A stretch of DNA of 64,000 bases from NCBI GenBank assembly GCA_041946805.1, contig JBHGBC010000008.1:12004-76003 (forward strand), given 5' to 3'. A program made the translations under genes and the position numbers. Source of the stretch: a bacterium (GTDB taxonomy: Bacteria > Hinthialibacterota > Hinthialibacteria > Hinthialibacterales > Hinthialibacteraceae). Shown here in pieces: positions 27,854 to 37,392 of the stretch. Each line of letters opens with the position of its first letter. Positions within the stretch are counted from its first letter, which is position 1. Below the pieces are notes generated by a model. The model ran no database searches, was not told the DNA's origin, and saw only the letters and a list, made by a program, of their open reading frames with translations.

Positions 27854-29280
27854 GCTCCATCCTGCGGAACTCCATCTTCATGGGCTTGTTCAACCTCTTT
27901 GGACGCGCCTCGGGCTTGATCCGTTACTGGCTGCTGGTGGCCTTTTTGTCCAAGGCCGATTTCGCGCTGATCACTTATTCGTTTTATGTGGGACGGCTGG
28001 GCCGTCATTTCATGGACGGAGGGCTGGACAATCTGATCTCCCGGGACGGCGCGCGCACGCACGGCAAGATCGCCGATTACCTCTTCCACGGCTTGTTGCT
28101 CAAGGCCATTCTGGGGGGGTTGTTCGGCGTGGGGGTGTTCTTTTACCTGGCCTTCACCCGGGAAAAAAGTTGGAGCGAATTGGGAGTGATCTACATCTCG
28201 CTGGCGGGCTCGGCCATGCTGTCCCTGACCGGCGTGCTCCGCAGCGGCTTCACCGCCGCCGAGCGGATGGAATACGTCTTTTACACCAACCTGCCCGCCC
28301 GGATGATCTCCATATTCCTCTTGTTTCTCACCGTGTATTTCTCCCTGCCCTTGGCGGCGGCCGCGGGAGCGGTGTCCCTGGAAAACTTCATCTGGTTCTA
28401 CCTGCTGGCCTCGGCCGGATTGCGTTTTTTTTCATTCCTCACGCCGGTTTCGTTTTCCACCATCAAATACATGCTCGCCGAGTCCTGGTCGCTGGCGTTG
28501 TACGGATTTTTCAATGTCTTCTATCTCAGCCTGGACGTCATGATGATCGAATACCTCATGGGCGGGGACGAGGCGGTCGCCCCCTACACCTACGCCAGCC
28601 TCTTGATCGAGGGCGTGACCATGATGGTCTCGGGCTACCTGATCGCCATCTACCCGGCCTTGTCGCGGTATTATCAAGCAGATGAAGCAGCGTACCGCGC
28701 CCTGTTCCGGCAATCGGTGATCGTGCTGCTCTCCATCACGGTCCCCATTTCAGTGCTGCTGGCGGGGTGGTCGTATGGCTGGATGAATTTCATCCGGGAG
28801 ACGGGCCTGGTCTCCAGCCAGGTCTTGGCGGTGCTGGCGGCCACGTTGAATCTGTCGGTGCTCAATACGCTGATTATCGTGGTCTTCACGTCCCGCCACC
28901 GGCAGCGTTGGCTGGTGGCGTTCACCGGCGGAGCGGTGCTGATTTCGTTTTTGACGAACTGGGTCATGATCGTGTGGTACGGGCAGGTGGGCGCAGCCGC
29001 CGCGTCGTTCCTGTCGCAACTGATTCTCTTGATCGCCATGGGGTGGATCGCTTGGCGCCTGTTCGCCTTGCCCATTCCAGCCGGCAAGGCGGGTGGGATT
29101 CTGCTGGTTTCCCTCCTGGCCGGGGGCATCACCCGCCTGATCCCCGGCCTGCACCTCTTGGCCGTGCCCTTCGTTTACGGGATTTTCCTGTTGGGGCTCG
29201 CCCGCCTTCTAGGGGTGATGACGCCGGAGGAAATGTCGAACATCCTCAACACGGTGAGACGGCGTGGAATCGCAAAGTGA
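27850..29280 (+). CDS. MOP-superfamily polysaccharide/oligosaccharide flippase (Wzx/MurJ-like)
   Basis: GTG at 27850 overlaps the upstream TGA (GTGA). The product starts VSSILRNSIFMGLFNLFGRASGLIRYWLLVAFLS and has about 12-14 TM segments. The longer ORF-track start 27748 lies inside the previous gene. Confidence 0.68.
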   Translation: MSSILRNSIFMGLFNLFGRASGLIRYWLLVAFLSKADFALITYSFYVGRLGRHFMDGGLDNLISRDGARTHGKIADYLFHGLLLKAILGGLFGVGVFFYLAFTREKSWSELGVIYISLAGSAMLSLTGVLRSGFTAAERMEYVFYTNLPARMISIFLLFLTVYFSLPLAAAAGAVSLENFIWFYLLASAGLRFFSFLTPVSFSTIKYMLAESWSLALYGFFNVFYLSLDVMMIEYLMGGDEAVAPYTYASLLIEGVTMMVSGYLIAIYPALSRYYQADEAAYRALFRQSVIVLLSITVPISVLLAGWSYGWMNFIRETGLVSSQVLAVLAATLNLSVLNTLIIVVFTSRHRQRWLVAFTGGAVLISFLTNWVMIVWYGQVGAAAASFLSQLILLIAMGWIAWRLFALPIPAGKAGGILLVSLLAGGITRLIPGLHLLAVPFVYGIFLLGLARLLGVMTPEEMSNILNTVRRRGIAK

Positions 29281-29789
29281 TTAACGAAGGGCAGGGATAG
29301 AAAATCAGGAAGGCTTACGCGCGCATGCGCAGGGATGGCCACTCCGGAAGACTTCAGGTTCCAGAATCAATCCCGTCCAGAAAGGATTTTCGTTATCGCC
29401 CGGCCATCAATCTGCCGGATATCGGAGCCGATTTCTAGCGGCTGGCAGGTCAAGGCCTGAGTCCGTTAGATCCGGATGCCATCGAAATGCAACGTTGGAG
29501 AGGATTTTTGCATTCCCAGGGGGAAGGGAAAACTCATTTCCGCCGCCGTGAAAAAATCGGCAGGTTCTACAATAAAATCGTAAAGTATGTAAATTTAAAA
29601 AATTTGCATATATTTTATGGCGTGTAGCTTACCAATAGAGAAGTTTTTCCCTCTTTGGCAAAATACCGGAAGCATCACACCCATATCCCGATGTATCGCC
29701 CCAGGAAGAGCTTCCCATGAACGCCAATGATATGGAAACCCGTATAGCCGAAGTCCGCGAAGGATGCGAGAGCCTGTGTGAGCCGGTCC

Positions 29790-29958
29790 GGCGGAATACG
29801 GAACAGCACGATTCCGGGAGCGTGGCCGGATATCGATTCGACGGGTGGGAGAGAGCCCCCCGAAATCCCCTCTCCCTCTGGGGAGGGAATCGTTGCCTGT
29901 TCACATCCCTGCTCATACCGCGAATCAAGCACGGAGAAAGTTCCGCATTCGGATCAAA
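29790..29958. repeat. mosaic repeat, rearranged copy (inverted right arm, inner hairpin, type-2 right arm)
   Basis: ttccgggagcgtggccggatatcgattcgacgggtgggagagag matches the reverse complement of 60543-60590. It is followed by cccctctccctctggggagggaatcgttgc...gagaaagttccgcattcggatcaaat, as at 17621-17698. Confidence 0.8.
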
Positions 29959-30041
29959 TATGTAAAGCTACTTTGGAAAAATCCAACAGAATCTAAAATC
30001 TGGATCATCATAATATGAAAATCACTCCTCTGTTCATTTTT

Positions 30042-30255
30042 ACGGTTCATTCGGGAAGTGCGTACATCATGAGGTAAAATCGATTCCATTCACTCCGGGA
30101 TGAGGTCGGACACCCAGGTCCGCCCCGGCAAAAATTCCCTCACTCTATCCTTCTCCCAGAGGGAGAGGGAATTTGGGAGGTGGTTTTCATCGATCATATC
30201 GAAGAGATGCGCACCGGCGATCGGAAAAAAAGTACGCACTTGACGGATGAGCCAT
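30042..30255 (+). mobile_element. MITE-like element, full length (214 bp), second copy
   Basis: acggttcattcgggaagtgcgtac ... gtacgcacttgacggatgagccat. TIRs are 19/24 identical. The interior is collinear with 23244-23456, including caaaaattccctcac..ctcccaga.ggagagg.aatttggg. Confidence 0.85.
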
Positions 30256-30348
30256 TTTTACTATCCAGTTTGAAACGTTCCCAAGTCCCTTTTTCTCATC
30301 ACCCTGTTTTGGGATACTGTCCCCAACATCACTCGTGGGAGGTTCACC

Positions 30349-32550
30349 ATGCGCCTGGTTTACCGAAAAGCCGTTGGGATGCTGCTGGGAGTGACCGCCT
30401 TGATATTATCCGGAGCGGGTGGGAGTCCGGCGCAACCGATCACCGTTACTGAAAAGCCCAAGACTTGGACGCTGCGTACGGATTCGTCCGTCTATCAATT
30501 GGCGGTAGCCAGCGACGGCGTGGTGATTCCCGTCTATTACGGGCCCGCCGCCGATTGGCTGGCCGCCCACGACGCGCCATTGCGAGTGAACAACAAGGTG
30601 GGCAGCGAAATCCGCGAAGTCCCCTTCCGGGGCGGATTCGTCAACCAGACTCCCGCCTTGGAAGTGGTTTTCGCCGAGCGCACCCGCGACACCGAACTGG
30701 TCTTTGTCCGGGATGAAATCGTGGAACAGGACGGCTATCCCGCATTGCGCCTGGAAATGGAAGACAAGGCTTATGGTTTGCATGTCACGGAATGGATCCG
30801 GCTGATCCCCGAATTGGATCTGATCCAAAAGTGGCTCGAACTCCACAACGCCGGGGGGCAGCCCGTCCATGTGGAGAATGCGCAGTCGGGTTCCGTCTGG
30901 CTGCAGCCGGACGAATACGATCTCTATCACCTTAGCGGGCGCTGGGGCTGGGAGTGCATGCTGCAGAAAACCCGGCTCACCCCAGGAGTTAAAACCTTGC
31001 AGACCCGCACGTTCCGGTTTTATGAGAATCCTCCCTGGTTCGCCGTGGGCCCGGCCGGGGCGGTGAGCGAAACCGAGGGCAACGTCTGGTTCGGCGGGGT
31101 GGAGTGGACCGGTGATTTCCGGCTCGATTTCGATAAAAAAATAGCCGGGCAGTTGCAAATCGTGGGCGGGATCAACTTCTGGGACGCCGCCTGGACGCTA
31201 CGCCCCGGCGAGACCTTCACCACACCCAAGATCCTGTTCGGCTTTTCGCGGGAAGGCCTGGGCGGCGTGTCGCACCGTTTGCACGACTACGCCCGGCAGC
31301 ATTTGCTGCGCCCCCGGTTCCGGCAGCAGGTCCGGCCCTTGCTCTACAACAGCTGGTACGCCACCACCTTCAACATCACCGAGGCGCAGCAACTGGCGTT
31401 GGCCGATGTGGCCAAGGATCTGGGCGTCGAACTCTTTGTGATCGATGACGGCTGGTTCAAGGGCCGCAAGGACGACCTCGCCGGGCTGGGCGACTGGGTG
31501 GTGGACCCGGAGAAATTCCCCAACGGCCTGCGGCCCATGATTGAAAAGATCCGCCGGAAAGGCATGGAGTTCGGTATCTGGGTGGAGCCGGAGATGGTCA
31601 ATCCGGATAGTGATCTCTACCGCGCCCATCCTGATTGGGCGTTCCATTATCCCACCCGGATCCGGCATGAAAGCCGTAACCAGCTGATGCTCAACCTCGC
31701 CCGCGAGGACGTGTATCAATACCTGCTCGATTCGCTCTCCACCCTGCTGCGCGAGAATCCCATCTCGTTCATCAAGTGGGACTACAACCGCGACCTGGCC
31801 GATCCCGGCTGGCCGGACGCCGATCCGGACACCCAGCGCGAGGTGCGTATCCGCTATTTCTATAACCTGAACCGGTTGGTGCGAGAATTGGAGAACCGTT
31901 TCCCTGATGTCTGGTTCGAATGCTGTTCGGGCGGCGGCGGGCGCATCAGCTACGGCTGGCTCAGCCAGATGGACCAGTTCTGGACCAGCGACAACACCGA
32001 TCCCGCCGACCGGGTGATGATCCAATACGGCTACCTGCACGGCTTCCCCGCCTGCGCCATGGTGGGCTGGATCACCAACGAGGACTGGCACAGCGCCAGG
32101 CCCTCGTTGAAGTTCCGCTTTCATTCCTCCATGTGCGGCGTGTTGGGCATCGGCGAGGACCTCACGAAATGGAACGCGGACCAACGGCGGGAAGCCGCCG
32201 GATTGGTCCAGTTATACAAGGAGATCCGGCCGGTGGTGCAGTTCGGCGATGTCCACCGGTTGATCTCGCCTTTCGAGACCACCCGCGCGGCGCTGGAATA
32301 CGTGACAAAGGATGCCTCCGAAGCGGTGGTGTTTCTCTTCAACCTGCAGGAAACCTTGCCCGGGAGCACACCCACCAGCCGCATGTATCAGTCCGTCCGC
32401 CTCCGGGGATTGGATCCCCAGGCGGAATATGAAGTCACAGGCGATACTCGAACCTTGAAAGCCACGGGCGAGACGCTCATGAACGCGGGCATCCCCTGGA
32501 TTCCCCGGGGGAACTACAGCAGCGCCTTGCTCCGGGTAAAAAAGAGGTAA
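30349..32550 (+). CDS. alpha-galactosidase, glycoside hydrolase family 36, with signal peptide
   Basis: FVIDDGWF, SFIKWDYNRD and FECCSGGGGRISYG motifs characteristic of GH36 melibiases. 733 aa. GGGAGG RBS. Confidence 0.9.
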   Translation: MRLVYRKAVGMLLGVTALILSGAGGSPAQPITVTEKPKTWTLRTDSSVYQLAVASDGVVIPVYYGPAADWLAAHDAPLRVNNKVGSEIREVPFRGGFVNQTPALEVVFAERTRDTELVFVRDEIVEQDGYPALRLEMEDKAYGLHVTEWIRLIPELDLIQKWLELHNAGGQPVHVENAQSGSVWLQPDEYDLYHLSGRWGWECMLQKTRLTPGVKTLQTRTFRFYENPPWFAVGPAGAVSETEGNVWFGGVEWTGDFRLDFDKKIAGQLQIVGGINFWDAAWTLRPGETFTTPKILFGFSREGLGGVSHRLHDYARQHLLRPRFRQQVRPLLYNSWYATTFNITEAQQLALADVAKDLGVELFVIDDGWFKGRKDDLAGLGDWVVDPEKFPNGLRPMIEKIRRKGMEFGIWVEPEMVNPDSDLYRAHPDWAFHYPTRIRHESRNQLMLNLAREDVYQYLLDSLSTLLRENPISFIKWDYNRDLADPGWPDADPDTQREVRIRYFYNLNRLVRELENRFPDVWFECCSGGGGRISYGWLSQMDQFWTSDNTDPADRVMIQYGYLHGFPACAMVGWITNEDWHSARPSLKFRFHSSMCGVLGIGEDLTKWNADQRREAAGLVQLYKEIRPVVQFGDVHRLISPFETTRAALEYVTKDASEAVVFLFNLQETLPGSTPTSRMYQSVRLRGLDPQAEYEVTGDTRTLKATGETLMNAGIPWIPRGNYSSALLRVKKR

Positions 32551-32637
32551 TCAGTCCGTGGGGGATGATACCCCCAACCATCCCTGCCGGGGCGGGGGAG
32601 GGAAGTGTTTTCAAGTCCATGCGGGAGGGAATTTCGC

Positions 32638-33915
32638 TTACGCCGGGGGGGCTTTGGGGGATGTCCGGCGTTTACGGGCGGCGAATTCGGGCGCTTCCTT
32701 GATGCACTCGCCCAGAATCTTCACCCCCTGCCACAAGAGGCCGCTGGTGGCGCGCACGAAGCCCGCCGGGGCCGGGCCGAGTTCCGTAAAACCGCGCTCA
32801 TCGGGCGTCAGTTTCTCCCAGTTGTGGAACAGCCGCCCCCATTGGCCCTGTAGAACCTGGTGCACGCGGCGGTTGCCGAACTTGGGATACCAATACATAT
32901 CGTGATAAAGCACGCTGGCAATGTACGCCCAGGGAGCCATCCAGGTTTTCAGCGACCATTCGATGAAAGACTTGAGCCGGCCCCAGTAGATCTGGTGCTG
33001 CATCCGCGCGGCGAAGGTCAGATGCTTGAAGGGGCCTTCGAATTGCCAGTTTTCGTTGGCGGCCTCGAGGTCGCCCACGATTTCGATCTGTTTCGGATCC
33101 CCACAGCCCAAACCCAGGTCATGCGCCAGGCGGATGAATTTGATCTGCATCGGATCGAAACCCATCAGCCGGGCGGCCACCGCGTCGATGGCCACCGGAT
33201 CGGCCGAGGCCAGGATCACGTTCTTTTCATGCGGGACCATGCAACGGGGGCCAGGGCCGTCGCCGGCGAAGGCGCCATCCATCACCGCGAACAGGCCGCG
33301 GTGGATCTTCTTCTGGATCATCAGCAGATCCACCAGGGTCTCGTGGATCACCGGGTGGGTCCAATGGCGGCGTTCATTGAGCAGGCCGCCAAAGGCGTTT
33401 TTCATTGCCCCGGTGGTGGTGGTGAAGACATGGGTTTTCACCGTGGGCAGGTGGATGATGTTTTCGCCGATGAACCGTTTGGGAATCGAAAAGCCGTTGG
33501 GGTAGACCTCGTTGAGGCACAGGAACTTTTGCGTCAGATCGCCCACCGCCTCGCGGATATCGATCCACTCCTCGCCCTCATAGAGGTGGATGTTGCGCAG
33601 GTTATGCGCCTCCAGGACGTTGATCTGCTTGTTTTCCCGCTCGCCGAAATGCGCGTCGATCACCACCGTGCGGTTGTGGCAGCCGTGGATGAGTTCCGGC
33701 CGGTACCCGTCCTGGAGCATGGCGCGGACCACGCCCTCGAGCTGCCAGGGAGTGGTGGAAGCCGCGGGATAAAAGAAATGCCAACTGATGTTGATCTTGA
33801 GCGCGGTGTCGGCGGCCCGATCGATCACGGACTGATAACCGGCTAGATTTAACAGGTTGTGATAATCCTCGAACACCGTGCGCGGTGAGGTTTTGAGAAT
33901 CGCGACTTTGGACAC
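32638..33915 (-). CDS. DUF362 domain-containing protein
   Basis: LKINISW..., LPTVKTHVFTTTTGAMKNAFGGL and AVMDGAFAGDGPGP are typical DUF362 blocks. GTG start preceded by GGAAGGAAG. About 100-aa C-terminal extension. Confidence 0.78.
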   Translation of the reverse strand: MSKVAILKTSPRTVFEDYHNLLNLAGYQSVIDRAADTALKINISWHFFYPAASTTPWQLEGVVRAMLQDGYRPELIHGCHNRTVVIDAHFGERENKQINVLEAHNLRNIHLYEGEEWIDIREAVGDLTQKFLCLNEVYPNGFSIPKRFIGENIIHLPTVKTHVFTTTTGAMKNAFGGLLNERRHWTHPVIHETLVDLLMIQKKIHRGLFAVMDGAFAGDGPGPRCMVPHEKNVILASADPVAIDAVAARLMGFDPMQIKFIRLAHDLGLGCGDPKQIEIVGDLEAANENWQFEGPFKHLTFAARMQHQIYWGRLKSFIEWSLKTWMAPWAYIASVLYHDMYWYPKFGNRRVHQVLQGQWGRLFHNWEKLTPDERGFTELGPAPAGFVRATSGLLWQGVKILGECIKEAPEFAARKRRTSPKAPPA

Positions 33916-34281
33916 GATACGATGCTTCCTTCCTGCGTGCTGAAAACGGGACAGGGCAGGTTCGCCACGGGATGCTTCACACCTCCGCGTGAAGCCAACG
34001 GGCCCCTGCCCGGTTTGCGGGGGGCGGCAGGCAACCGAGGTTTTTCAATCCAATATCCCACCCTCGATCATCCCATCTGACGCGGAAATCCCCCCCTCTT
34101 CCTAGAGTATAGTGAGGCGGGAGGGCAAGACAATGGGCAGGGGGAGGAAGAAGGAACACGAGATCCCTTCCCTCCACCTTTCCGGTGACCGGAGTGCGGT
34201 CCGGCCACCGGATAAACTGGAGGGAATCACTCGTTCAGCATCCAGAACACGATGGTCCGGGAATCGTTCCCGGAGGTATTT

Positions 34282-35061
34282 TTAGTGCTGTGCTTCCCAA
34301 TCCGCGGGAGTCACATTCGCCGGACCTTCCGACAGATACAAATCGAGTACGGCCCGGCCGGACAGCGCTTCGTTATAAATGCGGGCGTTGTCCAAGTAAC
34401 CCTTGAACATTTCACCCTCTGCTTTTTCATTGTCTCCACCCATGAACAAGGGTTGAGGGTTATTGAGTTCCAGGGTCTGGGGTTGTGTGCTCACCACCAC
34501 TCCATTCCGGTAATAGATCAGCAACGGGCCTTTTTTGACGATGACATGATGCACCCACACACCAATGGGGGGGTCCGCGTAATCCAAGTTGTCGGTGCCC
34601 AACGTGTTGGCGTGGAATTCAAATTTGGTCGGCGTGAATTTGATGAACTCGCGCGGAGAAAATTCAGCGGCATTAATGTCCTTCCGGTTTCCAAAGATAA
34701 TATTGTTCCCCGCGTTTCCAGCTTCGACTTTGACCCAGATGGCCCAGGTGAAGTTGGTATCGAATTTCATCGCGGGAACGATGTCCTTGCCCACTTGCAC
34801 GTACGCGCCGGCCGCGGTCCCGCCGAAACTGATCACGGAGCCCCGCGCGGGATCCTGCGCCCAGACCGAACCGCCTGCGCCCAATCCTTTCGTGGGGTTG
34901 ACAATGGTTCCATCCTTGCCCTGGCCGCTGGAGTCGGCGGCCTTTTCGCCCGTACCTTCGTCAAATTTCCAAAATCCGATCAAATCGGCCTGCGCGCTCA
35001 CCGAAAACACCAAGCCACCCAGAACCAATCCAATCACGATCCACGATCCGTTTCTCTTCAT
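34282..35061 (-). CDS. secreted LamG (concanavalin A-like lectin/glucanase) domain protein
   Basis: Signal peptide followed by LIGFWKFDEGTGEKAADSSGQGKDGTI, the usual opening of Laminin_G_3 proteins. C-terminal ...GYLDNARIYNEALS. Confidence 0.85.
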   Translation of the reverse strand: MKRNGSWIVIGLVLGGLVFSVSAQADLIGFWKFDEGTGEKAADSSGQGKDGTIVNPTKGLGAGGSVWAQDPARGSVISFGGTAAGAYVQVGKDIVPAMKFDTNFTWAIWVKVEAGNAGNNIIFGNRKDINAAEFSPREFIKFTPTKFEFHANTLGTDNLDYADPPIGVWVHHVIVKKGPLLIYYRNGVVVSTQPQTLELNNPQPLFMGGDNEKAEGEMFKGYLDNARIYNEALSGRAVLDLYLSEGPANVTPADWEAQH

Positions 35062-35334
35062 TATTGTCTCCTCTACGTTGGAATAAGATTGGATAATTGT
35101 ATTGATCTAATGGTATTTCAATTGATTCTATGAAAAAAAGAGAGGTCGTCTAGGTTCCTGCCGCATTAGGAGCCTGAATGGGATAAAAAAACAGTTCATC
35201 TGAGAATTGCGGACATGAAGAAACAGCATCTTACCCAATCGCCTCAAGATGAGGGTATACACTCAGGTCCGTTCTTACTAGGTTCTGTTGAGTTTTCGTA
35301 ATGAATGTTGGACTGGAATGCGTACTCGTCTTTT

Positions 35335-35487
35335 CAGCGCCAACGGCGCGGCATGAGTGTAGCCCAGGGCGTAAGCCCTGGGAAAAGGACGACAAAAGAA
35401 ATTATTCCCTCTCCCTCTAGGAGAGGGTTAGGGTGAGGGAAGCCCGGAAAGGGCGAAATGTATCCTTTCTCTGCAATCCAGTAAAAA
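35335..35487 (-). repeat. mosaic repeat (module F hairpin plus reverse-orientation core and type-2 arm)
   Basis: cccagggcgtaagccctggg, then ttccctctccctctaggagagggttagggtgagggaagcccggaaagggcgaaatgtatcctttctctgcaatccagtaaaaag. Confidence 0.85.
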
Positions 35488-35499
35488 GTTACAAATATT

Positions 35500-36348
35500 C
35501 TAATTGTCAGTGAGATTTTGATTCTCTGGTATGGTTTCTTGAGGTAAAACGTCCTCCATTTCCACGATGTCACCAGAGGCTTCACTTGGTAAATTATTCT
35601 TGACAGTTCGTAAGGGACGTACCGAGCCCTTTTTGACCCGGGCCAAGGACGATTTTAGTTGTTCACTTTCCATGATCTCTCGTTTAATCACTTCCTCCGT
35701 TAAGCAAGTTTTGATTTCGGCGGTATTGATTGAAACATTGGGTGAAACACGCCGTAATTCTCTGCGGATGAGGTTCAGAATGATGTCGTTCAGAAGGATC
35801 GCGGCAATGGTATATTTGTTGGTGGCCTGTTTTTGCAGATGATAACTTTCCAGAGCCGATTTTCCGATTGCCTCCCGAGTCAATAAGAAGAGCAATTCGA
35901 GATGTGAGGCCGTCTTATGGCATAAATCCAGTAGGTTCAACTCAAAAATCAGTTCATAGTTAATTGGTTTTAAAAAAATAACTTTATAAATTCTCCAAAT
36001 GATGCCATTCGTCAGAACCACCCATTCCACGCCTTCGTTGGCCGCGTAATCGATGGCTTGGCGGAGGTGCATGTCTTTCAATTCCAAGCCGACTGCTTTT
36101 ACTTCGATGAGTAAGCGCAGTTTCCCTTCTACCTGGATGGCTAAATCGACAAAGGTTCCCCGGATTGCGTGTTCGCGAGTGATTTCATTGTATTTATCAT
36201 AGCCAAACAAGTCGGCCAATACATCAGAAATAAAAGTAACTGTATCGGCTTCATTCACGTCACGATCTCGGAGGATCTGGATAATCGGCTGATATTTTTT
36301 CAGATTCTCAGCCAATCGTTCCTCGACTTTTTTGGGAATGGCTGCCAT
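35500..36348 (-). CDS. stand-alone HsdR_N-type PD-(D/E)xK nuclease-fold protein with helical C-terminal domain
   Basis: ...RGTFVDLAIQVEGKLRLLIEVKAVG... is a D...E-x-K core, as in type I restriction enzyme HsdR N-terminal domain proteins. Strong AGGAGG RBS. The gene is markedly AT-rich compared with its neighbours. Confidence 0.65.
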   Translation of the reverse strand: MAAIPKKVEERLAENLKKYQPIIQILRDRDVNEADTVTFISDVLADLFGYDKYNEITREHAIRGTFVDLAIQVEGKLRLLIEVKAVGLELKDMHLRQAIDYAANEGVEWVVLTNGIIWRIYKVIFLKPINYELIFELNLLDLCHKTASHLELLFLLTREAIGKSALESYHLQKQATNKYTIAAILLNDIILNLIRRELRRVSPNVSINTAEIKTCLTEEVIKREIMESEQLKSSLARVKKGSVRPLRTVKNNLPSEASGDIVEMEDVLPQETIPENQNLTDN

Positions 36349-36459
36349 GGAATTGACCTCCTTTGTTTATTCCGGTTGGGCTGCGGATAAAACCCGAAGT
36401 GTACGCTCTATGAATGAATCTAAAATATAGTTTTATCTTTGAAAATAAATCCAATTTTA

Positions 36460-36488
36460 ATTATTTCAAATAAAAAATGACTTGTCAA
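36460..36488 (-). promoter_or_regulatory. candidate sigma70 promoter for the HsdR_N-like gene
   Basis: The minus strand reads TTGACA-N17-AATAAT inside an AT-rich spacer about 110 nt upstream of the ATG at 36348. Confidence 0.3.
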
Positions 36489-36642
36489 TTCATCCATTTT
36501 CTATTTTTACCGATTTATGAGAATTGTGACCACGGGAAAATCCGACCCCTGAATCCACATCACCCACCCGAGATGGGTTCCCAGGTCGAACGGTTTTAAA
36601 GAAACTACCTTATGTGCGCCGCCGCGTATCCTCGGACCCGTT

Positions 36643-37392
36643 TCAATACAAATCCCATCCCGGCACGTCCGCGGGAGGCTGGGCGAAGGTATAGACGATG
36701 CCGATGTCGTTGGTGGCGGGATCGGGATCGGGCATCCATTCCGCCGAGGTGTAATTCTCGTCCTCGGTCTCGAAAACGAGCACGAAATCGCTATAGGCGG
36801 GATCAAAGAGGGGCGTTTCGTCCGGATTGGACAGCCCCGGCTGGCCGTCTTCCATGTTTTTATAGACCAGGTCGCGGCGGATGGCGAATTCCACGTCCGT
36901 GACATTGCCTTCCATGGGCGCCACGTCCGCGTACGCGAAGGTGCCCCACAGATTCTCATCGCTGGCCGGATCGATGGTGCAAACCCAGTCTCCGCACCGC
37001 TGGTCGAATATCTGCCGTCCCTGGATGTTGAACTCCGAGCCGAAGTTCGCCGGCCAGCGGTGGCCGGTCGTGCTGTCCATGTCGGTGTCGAAGCCCGTGT
37101 TCAGGTACCAAAAGAAATCCCCGTAGGGTTGAGGACTGGTAAACTCGATCCGGAAATAAAAAAAGTCCTTGTCGTTGGCCAGGTAGGCCGCGGCGAAATC
37201 GTAATGCAATCCGCCGTCGCCGCTGGGATCCTGGCAGGCTGGTCCGATGCCGGTCCAGTCGCTCACATCACCGTCCACTTGAATGGTCCGGTAAACCGGC
37301 GTCGCGGTAATGATGCCATAATCGTCCTGCGCCAAACCCGGGAGGCAAGCCAATCCCAGGAACAGGATGAAAATACCCACTTTTCGCCGCAT
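36643..37392 (-). CDS. secreted hypothetical protein
   Basis: ATG at 37392 follows GGAGGT and gives MRRKVGIFILFLGLACLPGLAQ (signal peptide). The ORF-track N-terminal extension to 37611 overlaps the next gene and looks non-coding. Acidic, Trp/Tyr-rich beta protein. Confidence 0.7.
   Translation of the reverse strand: MRRKVGIFILFLGLACLPGLAQDDYGIITATPVYRTIQVDGDVSDWTGIGPACQDPSGDGGLHYDFAAAYLANDKDFFYFRIEFTSPQPYGDFFWYLNTGFDTDMDSTTGHRWPANFGSEFNIQGRQIFDQRCGDWVCTIDPASDENLWGTFAYADVAPMEGNVTDVEFAIRRDLVYKNMEDGQPGLSNPDETPLFDPAYSDFVLVFETEDENYTSAEWMPDPDPATNDIGIVYTFAQPPADVPGWDLY

Noticed and set aside
35300-36420. Terminal inverted repeats bounding the low-GC HsdR_N islet (atgaatg..gaatgcgtac at about 35301-35334 versus gaagtgtacgc..atgaatgaatc at about 36397-36420)
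   Set aside because: The shared words are in a mixed direct/inverted arrangement and are too short and imperfect to define element ends. No target duplication is visible.
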